Numbered from the stretch's first letter, positions 1 to 9,139 are shown. The stretch is DNA of 27,072 bases from Acidobacteriota bacterium (GCA_040755995.1 JBFMAF010000007.1:1-27072); one strand, 5' to 3'. The notes: a model not told the origin generated them from the letters alone. A program made the numbers and translations.

Positions 1-240
1 GAGAAGCTTGCGCAGCAGATGTTCTACGAGGAGACACCGCGGCGGCGCCGAACTCTGCTGTACTACGCGCTCAGGAAGTACTCTGCTCTGGGAGTCTCCG
101 AAGTGGCTCGCCGTTGCGAGCGCACGCCGTCGGCGATCTCCTTGGCGGTCAGGAGGCTGGATGAAGAGGCCGCGCGAAACCAGCACCTCAGGGCGGGACT
201 GGACCGCCTGGCAGCGTCGCTTTCGGCGCGATGTGGATGA
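1..240 (+). CDS. C-terminal fragment of an HTH protein, probably an IS200-like/RAYT tyrosine transposase with DnaA-C-like HTH tail (5' end outside window)
   Basis: Frame open from base 1 (EKLAQQMFYEE...) to TGA 238-240. RRRTLLYYALRKYSALGVSEVARRCERTPSAISLAVRRL resembles the DnaA C-terminal-like HTH found at the end of RAYT-type transposases. The catalytic HUH domain is not visible. Confidence 0.5.
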   Translation, partial: EKLAQQMFYEETPRRRRTLLYYALRKYSALGVSEVARRCERTPSAISLAVRRLDEEAARNQHLRAGLDRLAASLSARCG

Positions 241-468
241 AACGCCACTGGGCAATTCCGATGGATGTCCACCTTCCATCCCTGGCGCGTGACGTTCTGT
301 GTGTGAATTGGATTCTTCAACAACACAACGAGAGGAGACAGACGGGCGGCTGGAATCCGTGCCGATGACGCCCCATGTGCCGGCTCACAGAGCCAGCCCG
401 CAGGAAATCATGCGAAATGTAAAATGTAAAGACACGGTCCGCGAGTGATCCGAACGAAGCGATCAGGA

Positions 469-560
469 GAGCGGAGTGCGGGAAATCCGCACGCTCCGTT
501 CGACTGGGCGGGGGCTGGAAACGTGGCGGTTTGGGCCATTGCGCCAGCCCTCGACCCTAC
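469..560 (+). ncRNA. Group II intron 3' module (domains V and VI); no upstream domains or RT ORF recognisable
   Basis: DV 469-501: GAGCGGAGT-GCGG-GAAAT-CCGC-AC-GCTCCGTTC, with AGC triad at 470-472, AC bulge at 491-492 and fully paired stems. DVI 506-557: GGGCGGGGGCTGG pairs with CCAGCCCTCG(A)CCC, leaving bulged A554 7 nt from the AC 3' end (559-560). Confidence 0.9.
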
Positions 561-1235
561 CGCGTAGACGCGCTGACGCATTCGGAATCGAAGGGGGCGA
601 CGTATCCGGCGTGCCGCAGTGTTGGCGATCGAAGCGTCCGAGAACACCGAGGGGTCCGAGAGCGAGCCCTACTGCTGCTCTTGAGCATCGCTATCCTCTT
701 GCCCTGTTGCGAACGCAAAACCGAGAGTACCCCTCCACTTGCCTCCACACACGCGGGATTGGTCCTTGAGTTACAGCCGAGGAGGAACACCTACACCCGA
801 GGAGAGAGGATAGCGATCGACGCGACGCTGCGCAACTCCGGCCCCGTGCCCTTGGTGGTCCCTGGTGCTCTGACTCCGAGACGTTTAGAGACTAGAATGA
901 GCCGCAGCGGAGTTGAGGTGAGGAGACTGGCTGAGCGTATCAGGTATGAGGTGGCCTCTACTGATTGCATCTTTGTCTTTCTCTATCCGAACAACAGCTA
1001 CTCGGTGGAGTTCTCGATACGTTCGATAGACATGCCGCTCCATCATGACGCCGCTATCCTTTTCGACATGAGCCGACCGGGTCCCTACCGCTTGGAATGC
1101 ATGTTCACCGTTGGTGAGGGGGAGTCTTCTCTCCTAGCCCAACGCCTAGTCACACAGTGTTCTGATTTCCCTTCCGCCTACGTGTGGGCCGGCACGATCG
1201 CCGCAACCCCGGTCAGCATCGAGAACACGCATTGA
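561..1235 (+). CDS. Hypothetical exported protein or lipoprotein, beta-rich (start codon uncertain)
   Basis: Frame open to TGA 1233-1235. Basic stretch, then hydrophobic ALLLLLSIAILLPCC, then a beta-sandwich-like pattern (LVLELQP..TYTRGERIAIDATLRNSG ... PGPYRLEC ... WAGTIAATPVSI). No in-frame ATG/GTG/TTG between 561 and the hydrophobic segment. Confidence 0.6.
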   Translation, partial: RVDALTHSESKGATYPACRSVGDRSVREHRGVRERALLLLLSIAILLPCCERKTESTPPLASTHAGLVLELQPRRNTYTRGERIAIDATLRNSGPVPLVVPGALTPRRLETRMSRSGVEVRRLAERIRYEVASTDCIFVFLYPNNSYSVEFSIRSIDMPLHHDAAILFDMSRPGPYRLECMFTVGEGESSLLAQRLVTQCSDFPSAYVWAGTIAATPVSIENTH

Positions 1236-1809
1236 AGGCTGACCCACTGTGGGACGTCGTCGGCAGTACGGGACGATGGGGGATGGTAACTCGGTCCGAC
1301 TGAGGCGCCCGCAGCAGACATATCATGGTGGGCTACCGAAACTACGAGTTAGCGTACATGTTGGTCACGAACGCCGGCTATTTCCTCCTCGCCGCTGGCC
1401 AAGTGCGGGATAAGTCCTGCTCGCCTGAACAGGGTCACGAACAATGTGTCGGGCATGAGAATCAGGCAGAGACGGAGAAAGGTGGGGCAGGTGTGAGTTG
1501 GTGGCGGAAGCCCAGGAGCTGATTCTTGGGAATGTGGCCACTCAGTCTAGGCTGACCCGTTCTTGCACGACGAGCGGCGTCGAAACGCCGGCGGCCAACC
1601 TGGCGCCAGAGCAGAACAGATCCGGCCGGGCAACAGACTATGCGCTGCATGCACTCGCGAGTCGACGGGCGCGAGGCGCGGCGCGTTGGGTCAGTTTATG
1701 GTGCTTGGCGATAACGGGAACGACTAGGGCAACGATTCGCGCTGTCATTGACCAGAGAAACCCGAGACGGTGGTAATGCACCCGTCCTCTGTGCGACTCT
1801 GTGCGATCT

Positions 1810-1839
1810 TTGAGCCCCCTCCTGCGGACGTGCTATCAT
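1810..1839 (+). promoter_or_regulatory. Putative sigma70 promoter for the rimP operon
   Basis: TTGAGC (1810-1815), 18-bp spacer, extended -10 TG-C-TATCAT (1831-1839), about 70 bp upstream of rimP. Confidence 0.45.
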
Positions 1840-1906
1840 ATGGCTCCGTGCGCCCGCGCGCTGTGCCGGGTGGACGTTGGATTGCCGGAGGGGGTGACTC
1901 TTAGAG

Positions 1907-2401
1907 ATGAGCGAAGAACAGCTCTCGGTAGTGCTCGAACAACGCCTGCTTCCTCTGGTGGCGCGGGTAGTCGAGGCGGAGGGGATGGAGGTAGTGGAAG
2001 TGCGGTTCAGGCGGTCCACACTTCAGGTGTTCATCCATCGCGAGGGCGGGGTGAGCCTGGCCGACTGCGAGACGGTGAGCCGGGTGCTGAGCGTCGCCCT
2101 GGACGTGGAAGACTGCATCCCATTCCGCTACACCCTCGAAGTCTCCTCTCCAGGAGTCGACCGCCCGCTGAAAACGGCGCGCGATTTCGCGCGCGTCATC
2201 GGGCGCAGGATCCGGCTGCGCCATCTCACGGCTCAGGGTGCGCCGAGAGTGATCGCTGTCAGGCTGCTCGGAGTCGAACAGGACGAGATCATCGTCGAGC
2301 CGGTGGAACGGGACAGGCGTCCGGACACGACGGAGGAACCGGTTCGGATACGTCTGGAGTACATCCTTGAGGCGAAGCAAGAGGTCGAATTCGGACCCTG
2401 A
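1907..2401 (+). CDS. rimP: Ribosome maturation factor RimP
   Basis: GGVSLADCETVSRVLSVALDVED and YTLEVSSPGVDRPL signatures; first gene before nusA-infB. Confidence 0.95.
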   Translation: MSEEQLSVVLEQRLLPLVARVVEAEGMEVVEVRFRRSTLQVFIHREGGVSLADCETVSRVLSVALDVEDCIPFRYTLEVSSPGVDRPLKTARDFARVIGRRIRLRHLTAQGAPRVIAVRLLGVEQDEIIVEPVERDRRPDTTEEPVRIRLEYILEAKQEVEFGP

Positions 2402-2417
2402 GCCCGACCTGTCCTCC

Positions 2418-3542
2418 ATGCTCCGGCAGATCTGCCGCGAGCACGGCGTCGAGCAGGATGCTCTGGTGGCCACCGTCGAGAAAGTGCTTCGCACAGCGGC
2501 GGCCGGCTATTTCGGAACGCGCGAAGAGCTTGTCTCCAAGTACGACAGTTACAAGGGAAACTTCGAGATCGCTTCACGGAAAACCGTCGTCGCGGAGCCG
2601 CGGAATCGAGATCGCGAGATCTCGTTGGAAGAGGCGCGCACGCTGAGGCCTGAGGCCGTGGTAGGCGAGGTCGTCGAAGTTCCAAAGGACACTCGCGCGA
2701 TCGGGCGTATGACTGTCCGTGCGGCACGACAGGCAGTGTTGGACTTCTTGCGTGACATGGAGACCGAGAAGACACGCCGGCAGTTTCAGGCGAAGATAGG
2801 CACTCTCGTGACAGGCACCGTCACGCGATTCGAGGGCCCCGACATCATGCTGGATGTCGGACCGCTGACGGCGTGCCTGCCGCAGCGAGAACAGAGTCCG
2901 ATCGAGCGCTACGAAATCGGGGATCATGTACGCGCGATCGTCGTGGAGGCGGGCAGGAGCGGCCGAGGACTGCAGGTGGTTGTCTCTCGGGTCAACGCGG
3001 CACTCCTCAACGCGCTCCTCGAGGCCGAGGTACCCGAGATCCGCGACGGCCTGGTGACGATCAAAGGTGTCGTGCGTGAAGCGGGTGAGCGGAGCAAGGT
3101 GGCGGTGCAGGGTACGATGAAGGGCATCGATCCGGTAGGCGCCTGCATCGGGATCAAGGGCACCCGCATCGGCGCGGTGATGCGGGAGCTGCGAGGAGAG
3201 AGGCTGGATCTGGTCGAATGGTCCGAGGACCCCGTCACGTACGTGAAGCGCGCGTTGAGCCCTGCGAAGCCCGTGCACGCGACAGTTCTTCCCGGCCCTC
3301 GAAAGAGCGTCGAGGTGGCCATTCCTCCCAAGCAGCTTTCGCTTGCGATCGGACGCAGGGGGCAGAACGTGAGACTGGCATCGAAGCTGACGGGATGGCA
3401 TGTAGAGATCAAGGGCGATACGGGTCGACCGGCGGGGGGTCGTGACCGATCACCCGATCGACGCGCGGAGCGCGGCGCAGCCGGCGCCTCGCGTACCACG
3501 CGCAGCGATTCTACGCCAAGGTCGCCGCGCACAGAAGGTTGA
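2418..3542 (+). CDS. nusA: Transcription elongation factor NusA (start uncertain: ATG 2418 or TTG 2367)
   Basis: S1 and KH motifs EVPEIRDG, IDPVGACIG, ALSPAK, LSLAIGRRGQNVRLASKLTGW; synteny rimP-nusA-infB. Confidence 0.93.
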   Translation: MLRQICREHGVEQDALVATVEKVLRTAAAGYFGTREELVSKYDSYKGNFEIASRKTVVAEPRNRDREISLEEARTLRPEAVVGEVVEVPKDTRAIGRMTVRAARQAVLDFLRDMETEKTRRQFQAKIGTLVTGTVTRFEGPDIMLDVGPLTACLPQREQSPIERYEIGDHVRAIVVEAGRSGRGLQVVVSRVNAALLNALLEAEVPEIRDGLVTIKGVVREAGERSKVAVQGTMKGIDPVGACIGIKGTRIGAVMRELRGERLDLVEWSEDPVTYVKRALSPAKPVHATVLPGPRKSVEVAIPPKQLSLAIGRRGQNVRLASKLTGWHVEIKGDTGRPAGGRDRSPDRRAERGAAGASRTTRSDSTPRSPRTEG

Positions 3543-3567
3543 CAATCAGGCGAAAAAGATAAACAAT
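3539..3567 (+). promoter_or_regulatory. Putative internal sigma70 promoter for infB
   Basis: TTGACA (3539-3544, overlapping the nusA stop), 17-bp spacer, AACAAT (3562-3567), in an AT-rich patch. Confidence 0.5.
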
Positions 3568-3655
3568 CGCACTGCATCGGTAGTTGACGACACCGTCGCC
3601 GCCGTCGGAGACCGGCAGCGGAACGGAGAGAATCTCCAGCAGGAGGTACGAAGGT

Positions 3656-5905
3656 TTGTCTGGGCCTAGGATCTATGAGCTCTCGCGGGAGCTAAGCATT
3701 GCGAACAAGGATGTGATGGACTTCCTGCAGTCCAAACAGATACCTTTCAAGAGCCATTCCTCGTCGGTGGACATCGCTGATGCCCAGCTGGTGCGGAAGT
3801 ACTTCAATGCGAAGCGACAGGCCGAGGCGGCTGCAGGGGCCGCCGAGAAGGCTGCAAAGGCGCCTGTAAAGGCTGGAGCCAAGGCGAAGGGGGGCGCAGC
3901 GGAAGCTGCTGTCCCGGCTGCGGCACCGAGGCCGGTGCCTCCTCCTCCGGCGCCTCCTCCTCCCCCTGCGCCGAAGGTCGTCGGGCCGTCGCCGGTTCCG
4001 TTGCCTACCCGAGCGCCGCTCGTTCATGAGCGTCTGGCGCCCCACGCGCCGGCGCCGCCGAAGCGCGCGCCTCTGGTGGTGGCCAGGCGCGTGGCAGCTC
4101 CACCGGCGAAACCGGTCGAAGTCAAGCCGGTCGAGTATCCGCATCGCAAGGTGACGGTGACGGAGGGTGTAACCGTCAAGGAGTTTGCCGAGAAGATCAG
4201 CGTCAAGGCCAAGGACGTCCTCAAGAAGCTGCTGGATCGCGGGATCTTTGTCTCCATCAATCACAGCATGGACAGCAAGATGATCGATGTAGTGTCGCCG
4301 GACTTCAACGTGGAAGTGGAGACGGTGTCGTTCGAGGAGGCGATGCACATCGAAGCCGAGCAGGCGTTGGAGACCGGCAAGCTGGTCGTGCGCCCGCCGG
4401 TAGTCACCATCATGGGGCACGTCAATCACGGGAAGACGTCGCTGCTTGACGCCATTCGTGCTACGAACGTAGCTGGAGAGGAAGCCGGAGGTATCACGCA
4501 GCGGATCGGGGCCTATCATGTGTCGATCAAGGGGCGTACCATTGTGTTTCTGGACACGCCGGGTCACGAAGCGTTCACCAAGATGCGGGCGCGCGGATCG
4601 AGGGTGACCGACATCGTGGTGCTGGTAGTGGCCGCCGACGACGGCGTGATGCCTCAGACGGTGGAGGCCATTCATCACGCTCGGGCGGCGAACGTGCCGA
4701 TCATCGTGGCGATAAACAAGATCGACAAGGCTGGAGCCGACGCGGGGCGAGTGAAGCGGGAGCTGGCGGATCAGGAATTGGTGCCGGAGGAGTGGGGCGG
4801 TCAGACGGTGATGGTGGAGGTTTCCGCGAAGCAGAAGATCAATCTCGACGGGCTGCTCGAGATGATTCTGCTGGTGGCGGACATGGCGGAGCTGAAGGCG
4901 GATCCGGAGCGAGGGGCCGTAGGAACGGTGCTGGAGGCTCGCCTCGACAAGGGACGGGGCGCCGTGGCGACTGTGCTGGTCCAGAACGGGTCGCTGTGTG
5001 TGGGCGACAACGTCCTGGTTGGCGCGACTTACGGCAAGGTTCGCGCGATGATCGACGATCAGGGTGCGCGCGTCAGGAAGGCGGGGCCGTCGACGGCGGT
5101 GGAGGTGCTGGGGATAATGGATGTCCCCCAGCCCGGCGATCAGCTGCAGGCGGTGGAGGACATAGCGAAGGCGAGGCAGATAGGTGCGTTCCGGCAGACG
5201 CAGATTCGGGAGAGCCGGATGGTCAAGACTACGCGCTTGACGCTGGACCACCTGTACCAGCAGATCAAGGAAGGCGGCATGAAGGAATTGCCGCTCATCC
5301 TGAAAGCTGACGTTCAGGGATCAGCGGAGGTCCTCGCCGCGTCGCTCAACAAGCTCTCTACCGAGAAGGTGAGGCTGCGGATTCTGCACAGCGGAGTCGG
5401 AGGCATCACCGAGACCGACGTGCTGTTGGCGTCGGCCAGCAACGCGATCATCATCGGGTTCAATGTGAGGCCGGAGCGGAAGGCGGTCGACCTGGCACGG
5501 CTGGAGGAGGTCGATATCCGCCTCTACACAGTCATCTACCACATCACCACCGACATCACCAACGCGATGTTAGGTATGCTCGAGCCGGCCATCAAGGAGA
5601 CGTACCTGGGCACGGCCGTTGTCCGCGACACATTCAAGGTGCCCAAGTTCGGCACCGTCGCGGGATGCCTGGTCAACGACGGCAAGGTGCTTCGCAATGC
5701 CGACTGCCGCGTGGTTCGGGACAACGTCGTCGTCTTCGAAGGCAGGATCGGATCGCTGAAGCGGTTCAAGGACGACGTGAACGAGGTCAGGAATCCGCTC
5801 GAATGCGGCATCGCCGTCGAACGTTTCGGCGATGTGAAGGTCGGAGACCACATCGAGGTGTTCACGAAGGAGAAGGTCAAGCAGGAGCTGACCGACGCCA
5901 AGTAG
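3656..5905 (+). CDS. infB: Translation initiation factor IF-2
   Basis: AGGAGG 3641-3646 then in-frame TTG 3656. N-domain RIYELSREL, Pro/Ala linker, RPPVVTIMGHVNHGKT, DTPGHEAF, NKID, KADVQGS, SLKRFKDDVNEV. Confidence 0.98.
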   Translation: MSGPRIYELSRELSIANKDVMDFLQSKQIPFKSHSSSVDIADAQLVRKYFNAKRQAEAAAGAAEKAAKAPVKAGAKAKGGAAEAAVPAAAPRPVPPPPAPPPPPAPKVVGPSPVPLPTRAPLVHERLAPHAPAPPKRAPLVVARRVAAPPAKPVEVKPVEYPHRKVTVTEGVTVKEFAEKISVKAKDVLKKLLDRGIFVSINHSMDSKMIDVVSPDFNVEVETVSFEEAMHIEAEQALETGKLVVRPPVVTIMGHVNHGKTSLLDAIRATNVAGEEAGGITQRIGAYHVSIKGRTIVFLDTPGHEAFTKMRARGSRVTDIVVLVVAADDGVMPQTVEAIHHARAANVPIIVAINKIDKAGADAGRVKRELADQELVPEEWGGQTVMVEVSAKQKINLDGLLEMILLVADMAELKADPERGAVGTVLEARLDKGRGAVATVLVQNGSLCVGDNVLVGATYGKVRAMIDDQGARVRKAGPSTAVEVLGIMDVPQPGDQLQAVEDIAKARQIGAFRQTQIRESRMVKTTRLTLDHLYQQIKEGGMKELPLILKADVQGSAEVLAASLNKLSTEKVRLRILHSGVGGITETDVLLASASNAIIIGFNVRPERKAVDLARLEEVDIRLYTVIYHITTDITNAMLGMLEPAIKETYLGTAVVRDTFKVPKFGTVAGCLVNDGKVLRNADCRVVRDNVVVFEGRIGSLKRFKDDVNEVRNPLECGIAVERFGDVKVGDHIEVFTKEKVKQELTDAK

Positions 5906-6041
5906 TCATGTGTCGCCGCCCGGGCGCGCAGTGGAGCCCGGCGGGATGAGAGTTCATGCCGGGCTCTGGACAGCGTCTTGTGCCGTACACGATGAGTCGT
6001 GGTGCCGGCTCGCTCCGAATGGACGCGGATCCGGGCGACCG

Positions 6042-6338
6042 ATGATTGCACATCTCAGCTTCGACATTCTGCTCCCCACGGCCAGCTCTCTGAAGGACAA
6101 GCGCCAGGTCCTCCGGAGCCTCCGTGACCGGCTGCGCGGCCGCTACAACATCGCCTTCTCCGAGACTGACTACCAGGATCTGTGGCAGCGCGCGCGAATT
6201 GAGATCGTGTCGGTCAACTCGAGCCGGAAGGTGCTTGAGGAGTCGTTTCAGCGACTGATGGAGGACGTGGAGGACGTGGTCGGCCTGGAGAGCGTGCACA
6301 ACTACACGCTCGACTTCATCGATAGTCGCGAAGGATAG
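6042..6338 (+). CDS. DUF503 (YlxP-like) protein
   Basis: SSLKDKRQVLRSLRDRLRGRYNIAFSETDYQDLWQRA fits the DUF503 pattern; usual position after infB. Confidence 0.88.
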   Translation: MIAHLSFDILLPTASSLKDKRQVLRSLRDRLRGRYNIAFSETDYQDLWQRARIEIVSVNSSRKVLEESFQRLMEDVEDVVGLESVHNYTLDFIDSREG

Positions 6339-6451
6339 ACGCGGCCGGCGCCGGCGCGGCAGCGACCTGGCTTTGACTTTCTCGGCGTGAGAACGGATCA
6401 CGCCTGCATGTCGTGGCATAGGAGAGATGCCGCGATGAGTCCGGAAACGGT

Positions 6452-6491
6452 TCTCCGCGCGTTCCCCTCACCGTGTCGCCGCCTCACCGCG
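6452..6491. repeat. Phased 8-bp tandem repeat (TCHCCGYG family)
   Basis: TCTCCGCG-cgttcccc-TCACCGTG-TCGCCGCC-TCACCGCG, between convergent genes. Confidence 0.55.
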
Positions 6492-6550
6492 CCGGCTCCC
6501 TCATGCAGCCGGAGTCCCCGCCAGCCACACCTCCAGCGGGCCGGACGGCC

Positions 6551-8815
6551 CTACCTGAGGTCGAGCGGCACCCAGCCCGTCGCCACCTGTCCGGAGGTGT
6601 TGTCCGTCGCGGTCACCTTCAGCCAGTAGGGTCCGGATGGGATGCCGCGTGCGCGAATGTCGAACAGGTACTCCAGCCGATTCTCCTCTCGATCCAGCGA
6701 CCTTCCCAGCAGCTTGAACTGCGGTTGTCCGATGACGTTTCTGGCGACATCCGCGATCTCCCACCGGACGCTGATATCCGGCTCATTGTTGGCATCGCCT
6801 GTTGCGAAGTTGTACAGCTTCACGAGAAGGCCCCGGCTCCCGCCGTCCTGGATGTCGGGGAAGAGCTCGACGGGGCACGGCTTGCCTTCGAAGGAGACCG
6901 GGTAGTCCGTCCCGAGTGATGCTACTCGAACCGGCGGTTTCTCGGGATCATAGCCCATGATATTGATCCATTCCGAGCTGGATGGAACGAAGAACGGCGT
7001 CGCCATCGTGAACCTGCCGGAGTCCTTGAGCGTCGTTGCCCTGATCGATGTCGTCCCGATCTCGCCGCTGTCATTGTTCCGGACCATGATGCGTATCTCG
7101 TAGGACCGGCCGGAGGCGGGCACGAGGATATCACTGTAGCGAATGCCCCTGTTCCTGGACCTCATCTCTGTGTCCGCCATTCTGACATTGCAGAACCCGT
7201 GCGCGTAGGCTTCGTGGTTCCCTTCGGGCCCGAGCGCAAACGCAAAGATCTCAAGCGGCGGGTTCCCCTGTGCGAGCGAAAACTGATCAATCGGCACCTG
7301 CACAATCACGGCGACCGGAGAGCGTCCGTCCTTCTCCGGGAACGCGACCACCTGCGCCTGCAACCTGATGGAATTCATCGTCTGGTTGTTTGAAATCACC
7401 TCCGCCACCTGCAGCCTTCTTTCCTCCGCGGTGAATTCACGGAACGGCCGAGGGTCATGGTAGCCGGGCCGGTAGGTGAACTTGACATCAGGTCGCCGAA
7501 TGTCGACCTTGATTCTGTGATAGCGGCCGGCCTCGCCGGCGGCCCGCGCGGGCACGTTGTAGCCCAGCAGATAGAAGGAGCGGGTCTCATCGACGATGCT
7601 CGCGAGCGGCCGGTTGAGGTCGTTGATGTTCCTGTACAGCTTCCCGCCAGTCTCCTCGGCAAGTGAGAACAGCGATGCCTGCCGCCGTCCCATTGCTTTT
7701 GGGTCGCGTACTCCCTGGTCGATCAGCGTCATGTTGGGATCGGACTCGAGCCCCGTGGCGTCGATGGGGTAGACCCTGCAATCCGAGGCTGCGAAGCTTC
7801 GCACCGCGAGCTCCATTGCATCCGAGAGCTCCCTCGGTATCTCCCTCTTCTCCGCACTCCCGCTCAGCACGAGCTTTTCGAAATTGCCGCTCGCAAAGTC
7901 CTCCGCTTCGTCCGTGGTCTCTCTGATGTCGCGCGCGCCCAACACCTTCGTATCGAACCCGCCCGAGAAATAGATGAGGTACTTTCTTCCGCTGAAGAAT
8001 TCCAGCCCACGCGCGAACGTCCGGAGCCCGTCGAGGTAGGCAGCAACGGTGTTCCGATAGAACTCCTCGTCGATCCGTTGGGTGAAGGCGTTCATGTCCC
8101 GCACCCATTCTACGATGCGCGACTTGACGTCGATCTCCGCGTGGAGGTCCTTGCCCGGCTCCAGGAACATCCCCGGCTCGACCTCGGGCTGCAAGAGAAC
8201 CTGGTTGAAGAACCCGGCGGAATCCGCCGACGTGTCGAACCGGCGATCGAAGCCGAGCGATTCGATCGCTGACCGCAGCAATGTCTTGTCAGACGTAAAG
8301 TTGGCGATCATGAAAACGCCCTTCAGGGTCGAGAAAGCGAAGACCGCAGCCCGGTCCTGGGGGTCCATCTGCGAATCGACGAACCTGAGCGACGCGTCCT
8401 TCGCCTTCATGAGGCCCAGCGCCGAATTGAAGGTGGCGTCGAAGAAGAAGATGAAATTGCGGCGTACCAGCTGCGCGGGCAAGTTCTCCTCGACCCGCCT
8501 GCCCAGGTCCACGGGAAGAAAGAGGGTCACCGCCTGCTCGTTGCCGTCTTCGTAGACCTTGAAATCCTCTTGCTTGAGGTCCGGCACGGGTCGCCCCTTC
8601 TCGTCCTGCACGAACACCGGAACCTCGACAATCGAGGCGCCAGCCTCCTCTCGCTGTTGGCCGAGGACCGGAAACGCCAGGGCCAGTGCCGCGACTAAGA
8701 TCAGAACAGACACGCAGGCAATCGCGCATCTATCCCCTGACTGCAGCAATCGCCTGAATGCAACTTGGCGCGCACTTGACGCCCGGATCTTGTCGAATGT
8801 CGCAACACAAGCCAT
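6551..8815 (-). CDS. Exported VWA-domain protein (Acidobacterial VWFA-related family) with C-terminal beta domains
   Basis: GGAGG before ATG 8815. Hydrophobic signal VSVLILVAALALAFPVLG; VEVPVFVQDEKGRPVPDLKQEDFKVYEDG; FFFDATFNS; GRKYLIYFSGG; LAEETGG; YLLGY; GRYHRIKV; YRPGY. Confidence 0.88.
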   Translation of the reverse strand: MACVATFDKIRASSARQVAFRRLLQSGDRCAIACVSVLILVAALALAFPVLGQQREEAGASIVEVPVFVQDEKGRPVPDLKQEDFKVYEDGNEQAVTLFLPVDLGRRVEENLPAQLVRRNFIFFFDATFNSALGLMKAKDASLRFVDSQMDPQDRAAVFAFSTLKGVFMIANFTSDKTLLRSAIESLGFDRRFDTSADSAGFFNQVLLQPEVEPGMFLEPGKDLHAEIDVKSRIVEWVRDMNAFTQRIDEEFYRNTVAAYLDGLRTFARGLEFFSGRKYLIYFSGGFDTKVLGARDIRETTDEAEDFASGNFEKLVLSGSAEKREIPRELSDAMELAVRSFAASDCRVYPIDATGLESDPNMTLIDQGVRDPKAMGRRQASLFSLAEETGGKLYRNINDLNRPLASIVDETRSFYLLGYNVPARAAGEAGRYHRIKVDIRRPDVKFTYRPGYHDPRPFREFTAEERRLQVAEVISNNQTMNSIRLQAQVVAFPEKDGRSPVAVIVQVPIDQFSLAQGNPPLEIFAFALGPEGNHEAYAHGFCNVRMADTEMRSRNRGIRYSDILVPASGRSYEIRIMVRNNDSGEIGTTSIRATTLKDSGRFTMATPFFVPSSSEWINIMGYDPEKPPVRVASLGTDYPVSFEGKPCPVELFPDIQDGGSRGLLVKLYNFATGDANNEPDISVRWEIADVARNVIGQPQFKLLGRSLDREENRLEYLFDIRARGIPSGPYWLKVTATDNTSGQVATGWVPLDLR

Positions 8816-9110
8816 TCCATCCTCCAGTCTTCTTGATCGTCCTCGTGGCCAGGCGAAGTACGAGCCGCACTGGCTCGTCGTGCGACAGGCCGTCCCGAGG
8901 CGCTCTCGGCGGACCGGGCTCGACGGACCAGCTTGAGTCTGCCCCTCGGGTAAGATCGTACAGCGCCCCAAGCCCCGGATACGCATGGGAAACCTCCTCT
9001 TCAATTGCATTCTCACGGGGAGACTACGGCGCTGGCCAGCCGGCGGATTGGCGAAATGGTGGGAATGGCGCCTGCACGGGACAGACGCCACGCCAGCTGG
9101 GACGGGATTT

Positions 9111-9139
9111 TTGACACGCCCGGCCGCCCGCGCTACAAT
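9111..9139 (+). promoter_or_regulatory. Near-consensus sigma70 promoter
   Basis: TTGACA (9111-9116), 17 bp, TACAAT (9134-9139). Confidence 0.75.

Noticed and set aside
299..560. Complete miniature group II intron starting at GTGTG (299 or 301)
   Set aside because: Only about 170 nt separate it from DV, too short for DI-DIII, and no EBS or DI motifs could be identified.
1497..1530. Minus-strand tRNA 3'-end-like sequence (...CCTGGGCTTCCGCCACCA) as an att remnant
   Set aside because: No TTCRA T-loop or cloverleaf, and no integrase in the window.
1593..1691. attC-like site (GGCCAAC ... GTTGGGT)
   Set aside because: R'' deviates from RYYYAAC, L boxes do not pair convincingly, and it does not directly follow a gene stop.
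1325..1776. Short ORFs 1325-1522 and 1498-1776
   Set aside because: No recognisable motifs or good SD; probably decayed accessory DNA.
3584..3655. N-terminal extension of IF2 from TTG 3584
   Set aside because: TTG 3656 has an AGGAGG SD and directly precedes the conserved N-domain.
3692..5251. Long antisense ORFs (e.g. 3692-5251, 16058-17218, 20620-21969, 24257-25429)
   Set aside because: Shadow frames of well-supported genes, expected in GC-rich DNA; no motifs.
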